Position numbers and translations under genes: made by a program. Shown here piece after piece: positions 9,317-18,900 of a stretch of 64,000 nucleotides of DNA. The stretch is taken from IMG/VR virus record IMGVR_UViG_3300029922_000007, positions 102,170 through 166,169 of that record; one strand, 5' to 3'. The stretch's first letter is position 1. Every line of letters begins with the position of its first letter. The stretch is from a virus. The notes under the pieces were generated by a model, which had not been told where the DNA came from, did no database searches, and worked only from the letters and a program-made list of their open reading frames with translations.

Positions 9317-10567
9317 GTGGGAGTAAGTAGGATATCTGATAAACAACATTACGAAAACTTAAAAGATTGTGTTGAAAAACGCGGTGGTAAGCTAGTATCT
9401 GAAAAATACTTAGGATCTAGAATAAAGCTAACCATAGACTGCGGTAAGGGGCACGAATGGGACTCTATACCCCGAAATATAATCGTTCTGAAGTCTTGGT
9501 GTCCGTTTTGCGCTAAAACCAGAACTCCTGGGATTGAAGGTATGCAGGAATTGGCTCAAGGTCAGAATCTTGTGTGCTTAAATAAATTTAAAAAGGGGGA
9601 AGAAAACACTTTTCAGTGGAAATGTTTGTTGTGTGGCGACACCTTCATAAGAAGGTTGAGCCATATTAGAAGCAGACCCGGTTGTTCCAATTGTAAGGCT
9701 AGAAATTTAGGCGAAAGGGTTTGTAGGCTATCTTTTGAGGCAATCTTTGAATCGAAATTCCCCAATACACACATGTCATGGCTTATAAACAATAACGGAA
9801 ATACGCTAACCCTAGATGGGGTTAATACCGATCTTAAGATAGCATTTGAGCATCAAGGAGAACAGCATTTTAAATTTAAAAAACACTTTCATAGAAAGGA
9901 AGGCGCTCTAGAAGATATTATACGGAGGGATAATTTGAAGATTAAGCTTTGTGAGGAAAATGGATATAAATTAGCAATAGTGCCAGACCTAATCTGTGTA
10001 GGAAAAATATTTTCCTCTATAGAGTCAGGACAATCCCTTATCCCCATTCCCGAACCGATTTTATTGGCCTGTAAGAACGCTGGAATAATACTACCAGACA
10101 GCGTAAGATCGATACTGTTGGACTTAAAGAAAATTACCGGAAAAGAAAGCGATCAAATACTGGAATCTCTCAAAATTCATGCAAAAAATGGTGGGTTTAG
10201 TATACCTGACTGTCTTATTTATAGCATGCACGATACTCCAATAAAAGCTATTTGCTATAAGTGTGAGTACGAGTGGAACACAACACCTACAAGAATAAAA
10301 GTGGGAAAGGCGTGTCCTAGATGTGCTGGGACGTTAAGGCTAGAAATAGGTTGGTTCAAACAAGAAGCGGAAAGGCGCGGCGATGTCCTTTTATCTACTC
10401 AGTACAACGGCCTATCGAGCTTTATCGAAGTAAAATGCGGCAAATGTAGCCATATTAGGAAAGTGCTAGCGCAAAGCTTTAGAAAGGGGCATGGTTGCAA
10501 AAAGTGTTCAGATAAAGAAGGCGCCAAGAAAAGATTAGCAAATCAGCTCAGGTCAAGAGGCCAATAA
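9317..10567 (+). CDS. Putative homing endonuclease, PD-(D/E)xK/Vsr-like core flanked by Zn-ribbon repeats
   Basis: LTLDG...IAFEHQGEQH...D.LK..LC core; four CxxGH/CxxC...CPxC repeats. Confidence 0.75.
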   Translation: MGVSRISDKQHYENLKDCVEKRGGKLVSEKYLGSRIKLTIDCGKGHEWDSIPRNIIVLKSWCPFCAKTRTPGIEGMQELAQGQNLVCLNKFKKGEENTFQWKCLLCGDTFIRRLSHIRSRPGCSNCKARNLGERVCRLSFEAIFESKFPNTHMSWLINNNGNTLTLDGVNTDLKIAFEHQGEQHFKFKKHFHRKEGALEDIIRRDNLKIKLCEENGYKLAIVPDLICVGKIFSSIESGQSLIPIPEPILLACKNAGIILPDSVRSILLDLKKITGKESDQILESLKIHAKNGGFSIPDCLIYSMHDTPIKAICYKCEYEWNTTPTRIKVGKACPRCAGTLRLEIGWFKQEAERRGDVLLSTQYNGLSSFIEVKCGKCSHIRKVLAQSFRKGHGCKKCSDKEGAKKRLANQLRSRGQ

Positions 10568-10974
10568 AGTACTTGGCCGATAAAAGAAAAGCTTACAGAG
10601 TAAACCCCCTTAGTCTGAACCGACTCAGAAATATTCGATACTTGTGCCTTAGGAATTGACCAGATTGTCTCGCCGCTTTGGCGATCTTCGAGTCTAAGGC
10701 TGCAGTAATTTGTTGCGGCCAAATTCGAAAATAAAGAGATCAAATTAGATCCCTGAAGTCCTCCGCTGTTGGTTATCCGCACTCCTTTACAGTTCCCCTT
10801 AACTACATTTTGTCCGCCAGTAGCTATTTCTTGCGGATAGGGAGAGTTGATCCCATAGATACTATAAGCGCCTTGATCCAACTCTATGGATACACTCTGA
10901 GTTATTGAAAAAATTTTATTGTTAACGTAGAGTCTACATCTAGCCCCAGTTATTACGAGCGATTGTTGCGCCAT
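10543..10974 (-). CDS. Tail tube-like protein
   Basis: 143 aa, ITGARCRLYVN..QSVS..IYGINSPYPQEI pattern of the tube fold; sits in the baseplate operon. Confidence 0.6.
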   Translation of the reverse strand: MAQQSLVITGARCRLYVNNKIFSITQSVSIELDQGAYSIYGINSPYPQEIATGGQNVVKGNCKGVRITNSGGLQGSNLISLFSNLAATNYCSLRLEDRQSGETIWSIPKAQVSNISESVQTKGVYSVSFSFIGQVLYWPLDLS

Positions 10975-10983
10975 ATGAACTCC

Positions 10984-12915
10984 TTATGGTCCGTAAACAT
11001 AGTCAACTTCCGAGTAAACAGTTCCATATTTACCCAATCCGATGTCGTTAGGATACAGGATCGTAAAATTTACCGTAACGCCAGCAGCCACAACCGAACC
11101 AATAATTGTTTGGCAGTAGGACCTAGCGTTCGCTGTGTCTGTGAGATATCCTTGATAGTAGGAGCCGTCGCTTGGCAAAACGATCGGCGCTTTAGAGGTA
11201 ACCAAAAGAACCGAAGTTCCAACTGGATGATCTTTTTGAATGAAATATGCTGGACTAACAAGAAGAGTCCCAGAACTTGGGGCAGCTATATAAGGAATGG
11301 GACCTTCCTGATTTTCTCCGCCATAGTCAAAAATAAAGTACCCGCTTGCGTCTGGGAATCCTACAGAAGACCCGACTGTAATGACGTGACTAGTCTCGCC
11401 GTTGACATCTTCTGTCAGGGTAGTGCTAGCGCCACCGATCGTAAAACCTTGGCTCGGATCAAAAATATAGGGTCCTAGCGTTATTGGCAAACTCGGTCCG
11501 GCATCTGCGATGGTAGTTGGATCGACCACAGTCATCGTAACGACGTTATCTACTACAGTATAGGTCAGAGTTGGAAGAACCGCACTAACAGCATCAAAAA
11601 CCTTAGCGGCGACAGTGCCTGGCAAATCCTCGCTTCCAATATTGACTTCAATCCCAGTGTATCCATTTGGAGCAGGATCCGTATTTCCACCATCGACATT
11701 AAGCCAACCATAGTACTGGAACATCGACCCTAAATCGTCTATCAAATAGTAATCTGCTATACCGGTACTAGGATAGAAACTTCCTGCTTGCAGAACTAAT
11801 TGTACCACGGGCTGTTCTGTAACCCCATGCAGGTGCATTGAACCGATCCTGCTTCTTTCGATTATCTTTGTTGTAGCGGGCAAAAATATCTGTAGGGTAT
11901 TGGCCTGAACTTGATAAACTGCAGCATAGTATTGCTTATTTAGGATAGTTTCTCTAACTGGTGTGTAGAATAAAACAGCAGTATCTGTTCCCTGCACTAC
12001 AATTCCAGTACTTCCAAGTGGACTATAGATTTGAAAATACGCAATGTCTACAGCCCCACCTTGGGATGATATAATAGGATACGATCCTTCGTTACTAGAA
12101 GAAGCGAACCCTCCACCAAAAATATTCACGTACTGCTGAGGTTCAACCACTCCAAGATTTGGGTCTGCTCCACCTGTCCAAGTAAATCTTAAATTCCCGC
12201 CTGGTTGTTGACTGATAGTCCACTGAGTTGAAAAATTGCCCCCAGCTGGGACTGTTGCACTAAATGAAAGTACGTTTTCTGCTCTACCACCTAAGACTGT
12301 AATGGAAGAAGAAGCTCCAATAGTGCTAGATACTAATTGAACATAGTTTCCATTGCCATCATTATTTACGATCGCACTACCAGAAACACCCAAACGGCTC
12401 AATCCAATAGAAATAGCGTTTGCGATTTCCTGCGCACTTGCTGCAGCGATACTAGTAAACTGACTTGCATGAAAAGTAACAGTACTGGTATTTGCGCCAT
12501 CAAAGTTAACGATTAGGGTGTCGCCGTCTTGCAAATTATAGGGCTCTAAGTTTTGAGCGTTAGAGGTGGCTTTTACGAATTCATCGCCAAACACAATGTC
12601 CAGGATGTTATTGATTAGATCTCGTACTTGCTTTCTATTTTTAACTTGAATACCCAAAGCACTGAAGATGGTATCACTAAGCCCAATAGTAGGATCTCTG
12701 GTGATCCCATAGTTGGCCAAACGAAGGTCTAGAAAGGCTCCTTGGGCAGTACCGATATAGAGAGAATCGTTAACTGCAGCGGCTGAATTCACCAAATAAG
12801 TACTGCACGAGGATGCAATAGCATTAAGAATTGCTGTAGTATTAGGCCCATTAATATATTGGCTAAGATACTGTCTTAACTTTTTATATTCTGTTGCTGT
12901 ATCAGTGACTGCCAT
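10984..12915 (-). CDS. Baseplate wedge protein (partner of the J-like protein) with inserted domains
   Basis: TAQGAFLDLRLANYGITR..LSD..F and C-terminal VAAGVTVNF motifs; directly downstream of the J-like gene. Confidence 0.7.
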   Translation of the reverse strand: MAVTDTATEYKKLRQYLSQYINGPNTTAILNAIASSCSTYLVNSAAAVNDSLYIGTAQGAFLDLRLANYGITRDPTIGLSDTIFSALGIQVKNRKQVRDLINNILDIVFGDEFVKATSNAQNLEPYNLQDGDTLIVNFDGANTSTVTFHASQFTSIAAASAQEIANAISIGLSRLGVSGSAIVNNDGNGNYVQLVSSTIGASSSITVLGGRAENVLSFSATVPAGGNFSTQWTISQQPGGNLRFTWTGGADPNLGVVEPQQYVNIFGGGFASSSNEGSYPIISSQGGAVDIAYFQIYSPLGSTGIVVQGTDTAVLFYTPVRETILNKQYYAAVYQVQANTLQIFLPATTKIIERSRIGSMHLHGVTEQPVVQLVLQAGSFYPSTGIADYYLIDDLGSMFQYYGWLNVDGGNTDPAPNGYTGIEVNIGSEDLPGTVAAKVFDAVSAVLPTLTYTVVDNVVTMTVVDPTTIADAGPSLPITLGPYIFDPSQGFTIGGASTTLTEDVNGETSHVITVGSSVGFPDASGYFIFDYGGENQEGPIPYIAAPSSGTLLVSPAYFIQKDHPVGTSVLLVTSKAPIVLPSDGSYYQGYLTDTANARSYCQTIIGSVVAAGVTVNFTILYPNDIGLGKYGTVYSEVDYVYGP

Positions 12916-12924
12916 AAATTTCCC

Positions 12925-15900
12925 TTATGTTAGTAACGATACACTTATATCACTAAGTTGAACGACGAATGCTTTTTGGCCAGTAGCTAATACAATTTCG
13001 TCATTGTTTACATTATATGCTGGACTCACCATCACAACGCTGGTCACACCAGGGATCAGCCTTACAGTTTCCACGATAGAACTCAAGTCAATACTAACTC
13101 CCAAGGGATTCGATTCAATCAAGGAGTACACTGAAGCTTGGATCTGCTGAGTAATCTGGCTGAACGAAACACCAATATTAGTTCTTATGGCCAAAGAAAC
13201 TTTAACTCTGAAATCGAGAGGTTCTCTGATAAAAATATTAGTACCAGCCGCCGAGACTCCTGGGTAGCTGATTGGATCACGTGGATCGCCATAGATTACT
13301 CGATTTGATTCACCGATCAAACCCGTATCGTAGTTATACGAATCTATTCCAAGTCTAATCGTTGTTGGAAAGTTTAATTTTCCAAGTGCAGTCATAGTAA
13401 CACCAGCGCTCAGATCGATTTTTTCATATTGGGCAGATGTATTGAAAACGATATCGTTAAAGCTGGTAGTTCCTGGCTCAGATGCAACATATGCAACCTG
13501 TTTATAGCCGGTGTACTTGATACCTTCTTGCACAGAGAGAGATGAAAAATTACCAGCAACATTCGTATCGTATTGAGTAGAAATTACACCAGATACAACG
13601 ACAGATGTTGGACTCAAAACCTGCAAGATATTATAGGTTCCAGAATTGCCTGCTCCAAGAACGGTTCCATTAACGACAAACTTATCTCCGGGAACGGCAG
13701 CTTCGTATGGATAGAATTGAATCTGAGGACGATCTACGGAGAAAGTTACAGATGAGATTCCAGACTGTACCACAGCGGAAGGATTAACGACCGTCAAGAA
13801 TGGGGTTTGTCCGGTTTGAGTTACCACAAAGCTGAATGCGGCAGGCATCGAAACATCAACAGGAACATGGGTCGCGGCTGCAACAGTAGCAGTTACAGTA
13901 ACGACATTCCCACTTACAGAATGGGTCATCAAGGCCAAAGCTGAAAGGGCAGTATTGGTCTTAGTGGCAACCGTAGCTGCCGTATCTGGAGTAACACCAC
14001 CAACGACGGTCACTTCGATACCAGTAAAACCAGCAGGAGCCGGATCAGTATTTGAGCCACCAGATACATTATACCAAACGTAGTACTTATTAGCGTTTCC
14101 ACCGTTCCAAATTTCGAAGTAGTCTCCAGGACCAGTCGATGGGAAGGTTATAGCTGGGGGCATTGTAAATTGAACAATTTGTTGCTGTGAAGGTCCAGAT
14201 TGTTTTACAGTGAAGCTTCCTTGATTTGGGGTAGAGAAACCGGTTCCAAAAGTAACCACATCGCCTGGTTGGGCAACCCCTAAGAATGGAGCAGTTCCAG
14301 TTCCAGTCCAACTGAGAGTTTCGATCCCTCCAGAAACAGAAACATTAAATACAGTAGTAGCATCGTATCCAGTAGAAATAGTACCTGCAGTGCAGGTTAC
14401 TTCTTCTTCTACAGAGTTAGCATTTTCATACCAAACACTATCGTTGTTTTCACGAATGACTCGATATTCACCTTGATTGAGGGGGCTGAAGGGGGAAGCT
14501 AAAATCATCGTGTCGCCTTCAGAAACAGATGATGTAGCGGTGAAGTCTCCAGCTAGTACAATAGTCCCATTTTCAACTACTACGGATGGATTAGAAACGG
14601 TAAAGGACAATCCATCTGGAGATACTCCAGTTACAAAGAATGTCCCGTTATTGCCAGCGTTCGCCATCCTCGTAATGGTAATCAAGTCTCCAATAGAGAG
14701 ACCGGCAAAGTTGGCATTGCCAGCAGGTCCAGGAGGGGCTGACTGTGTGTTAATGGTTGCTGTATCGCTTAAGGTAACCGCTGCAGTCAAGGCGATTAGG
14801 GACCCATTTACGATGCCGCCAAGAGTGTTGATGATGCTTGCCTGAGCTACAATATTACCTTCAAAGGTTCCAGCACTTCCACTATTAATGGTAGCAGATG
14901 AACCCACAATCCAGAAGATGTCTGCTGCAGTAGCCCCACCAGTCAAAACCATAGTTGGAACCCCACCAGCTCCAGTTGTGAGGGTAGACGCCGCATAAAT
15001 GATGTATTGTCCTGCACCATTAAAAGTCAGGGTTGCAGGACCCGATGTGGCCAAGTTAAACGTCCCGCTAGATTCCTTATAATTCCCAGGAGTCAAAACT
15101 ACTCCATCGAGATCTGCAGAAATAGCAGTTCCGGCCAACCCAAGAGTTTGCATGCTAGTATATGCTGCTAGAGCATCATTTTGGGCGGTATTTGCTGCTG
15201 AGTTAGCCAAGTTAGTAGAGCCAGTAACGGTAAAAGTGCCGGTAACAGTAGATCCAGGATATTCACCCAAATTCCCATTAACTACGCTGGTTCCAACACT
15301 ATTAGTGATGGCAGAAGATGCCAAGATCCCATAGGTAGCTGCTGACGCTAAAGGGCTTGGAGGTGGGGTTGGAGTTGGAACAGAGGTGTACGTACCATCA
15401 GAAGATACGTTTACGGTCCAATTCCCAGTATCGTTAAAATTCACTGAAGAGCTAAAGTCGGGAGAAGTTCCAACCCCATTCCAGCTAAGGCAGGTCAACA
15501 ATCCTTGTTTTTCTACCCTGAAAGTATCTCCTACAACCCTAATACCGCTTCTAGGAGCGCCAAAGTAGAGTTGCGCAGTTTCTTGGTTCAGGAGTATGAT
15601 CGTAGATTGTCCATCTATCGGCGTATTTTGTAGAACGGTAACACTCGTGTTATTGCTGATCCCCGTATCTTTCGTTTGATAGTTTGCCGCTTGGAGTCTG
15701 AACCATTGATCGCTAGCTACTGCTTGACTGGCGATGCTGTTAGCGGAGATGGACATCTCATTGTTACCAAGTAGCTCCCCAGAAGTCAATACTGGAACGA
15801 CATATTCGTTACCACTTCCGCCTACGATTTGGATAGCTCCGACAGATCCCAATGTTTCCGTTGCGAGTTGGAGTTTGGTTCCACGATCGACCACTTCTAC

Positions 15901-18900
15901 AGTTCCAACGGTAGTAAACCCAGTTACAGCCAAGATAGACCAAAGCCTTTGGACTTGATCCATAGTAGTTGGAATAAGTCTGACTTCATCTCCACTTGTA
16001 AAGAAGCTATAACCTGTATCGCTAGGGTAGGTAAGTGGTTCTTTAAGGGTAAATTGTGGATTTCCAGTAACGTTGGAGCTTGCAATCCAGTTAATCCCAT
16101 CTTTTAGGAAGTAGAATGGATGTGTAAATCCGCTATCTTCGAAAGTACTCAAAGCGATAATGCCAGATCCAGTAGTTCCGCCGTCATTTACGATCGTGGA
16201 AGTAAAGTACTGTTTTAGATTTGCATTGATATAGGTATTTATTTGTGCTGCCGTAGTTGGGGTTGCAATATAAAAAGTAATCCCGTTTAGAATGGTAGTA
16301 ACTACTCCAGTTTGATTTACGGCGGTACCGGTTGGGACTTGAACACTAAAGGATGTAGAAGTTGGAGTAAATCCTACTGCAGAAGATACCTTGAATGTTC
16401 CAGTGTTTGCGATGTTAAATCCGGTCGATGACAAGATCGTAACGTACTCTCCACCAGACAAGAACAGGGCTGGGTTGCCAGGACCGGAAAGGGTAAAGGC
16501 CGAGAAAGCAATCGTAGAATCGCCAGTTCCGGAAGTCTTGGTTAAGATTCCAGACGCAAGAGGCGGCCCACCAGCGCTCATTGCCGTTATCGTCGTACCA
16601 ACAAGCGTAACCTTAGTCGCGGTGACAGTGAACGTTTGGCCATTACTCGTATAGGTCGCGCCAATAGTTGCAGCGGCTGCCGTTGGGACAGTGAAAGTAT
16701 ACACTCCGTCCCAATTATAGGTTACTTGATCTGTCCCAGCAGTAGGGGTATTAGGGGTTACCGTTACGTTCCAAAGAGTGCTTGGCGCAATAGAAGATGC
16801 AATTGGTGCTCCGGACTGTAGGCCGATCGAAACACTTACTTCATTGTTAGAAGTGACAGTAACCGTAGAATTAATGGGTTGATTGGCAGAAGTAGGGTAG
16901 ACATAGGAAACATTTACCGCTTCACCGCTTCGGCCCCAAAGGGTGGACCTGATCAAAAGCGCTGTTTGAGCATTTGATCCCTGAAGTACAAATTTTGGTT
17001 GCAATAGGACCTTGAAGTTTGAGAAATCAAAGCCAGCAAAGTTTGTGGCAAAGGAAGCAGTAGGGCCAGCATCCACATCGTATGCGTTGAAACTATAATC
17101 GTTAGCGGGCCAAGTGCTGTTAACTATGGCTCTCCTGTAAAGAGGCATAGTATAGGTTTCGCCAGCAGTATTGTTGTCTACGATGGTAACTACCGTATCG
17201 TTATATCCAAAGTCGAGTGGGTTGGCCACATAGTACCTATCAGCGATTCTAAGACGTCTAACGTTTGGATACTCTGGGAGGATGGTAATTGCGGTTCCAG
17301 AAGTTGCCCACATTTGAACATTTTCTTCAGAAGGCTGTTCGTCATCAATAAGGCCAGTTCCAGCAGTAGTAAGGGTGGTTCCAGCTATGATGGTGGTACC
17401 TACCGTGAAGAAAATTCCGTTGTTAGAATACACAGCCCCGGAAGTTGCGTTTGCAGAGGTAGTCGTAAAGACAAATTGTCCTGGAGCAGGCGATGTAAAC
17501 GCAGAGAAAGTAATCGTTGAATCTCCGGTTCCAGAAACTTTGGTAAGAACTGGGGATCCAGAAGAAGGCTGTGAGTTGACTACTGCTGCAGCGCTTAAAG
17601 TTACAGCGGCAGTCAAGGCAATTAAAGATCCGTTAACTGTTCCGCCGAGGGTATTGGTGATGGAGGCCTGCGCTATGATGTTACCTTGGAAGGTTCCAAT
17701 ATTCCCGCTATTGATGGTAGCTGAGCTGCCTACAATCCAGAAGATGTTCTTTGCTAAAGCCCCACCAGAGAGGACCATGGTTGGAACGCCACCAGCACCG
17801 GTAGTAAGGGTAGAAGCGGTGATAATGATGTACTGTCCTGCCCCATTAAATGTAAGAGTTGCAGGACCAGAGGTAGCTAAAGTCGCTGCACCGGAAGAGA
17901 AGCTATATACGCCTGGAGTCAGGGTTTGACCGTCCAAGGCGGAAGGAATGACAGTCCCTGGAGCTTCTGCTGCCATGGTAGTATAAGCGGCCAAGGCGTC
18001 GTTTTGGGCGGTATGGGCCGCGCCATTAGCTAAGTTTGTAGCTCCAGTAACCGTAAAAGAACCGGTAACGGTAGAGCCAGGATATTCACCCAAGCTGCCG
18101 TTAACAGTGCTAGTCCCGACGCTATTGGTGATAGCGGAAGCCGCCAAGATACCATAATCGGCGGCTGAAGCTAGTGGGCTCGTAGAAGGACCGCCAGTAA
18201 GAGAGGGCGAGCTACCATATGGGTTCAGGAAATTGATAATTTCATTTGGACCGAATTGACTCAAAGATCTGGTGGACGTGAAGTTGGTTAGATATGTATC
18301 GATAGGTTCAGCATAGGAATCAGCACTGATCGTAGAATGAAAGAAAAGTGGTAATTCGGCAGTAGTAGCCTGGGTTTCATAGAACGCTACAAGGGCGTCC
18401 TGACTAGAGCTATTAGCCTGAGTGGTAAATCCAAGAGCTTGTCCTTCGGCATCAGCCGTAACAATGGTAAGCTCGCCTTCAGTATTGAGGGTGTTGGTAG
18501 TAACTACGATATTCGTATTGTCGAATACAGTGAAGGTGGCTTCGTCCGTTTGAGCTTGGAGTTCAGCGGCAATAACATCCAATGTACTGGTCCCAGACGT
18601 TACTTCGAACTTCTGAGGAACGTTGTTGGTTCTAACAACTACTAAACCCTGAACATAGAGGGCGTTCGTTACTGGAGTTACCAGGGCAGCTTCAGCGGCT
18701 GTGACCTTAATAGTCAGAACGGATCCGGTTGCGGAATGAACTCTTCCTTCAAGTTGGTCAGTATCGGGAATTTCGGCAGACCAAATGATGACGTAGTCTC
18801 CGGGAAGAACATTCGAAAATGAATTAGCTCCAGAAGAAGTGTAGCTAACCAAATCTCCTGAGACAGAAACGGAAAGATTAGATCCGGATTGGATGGTTGG

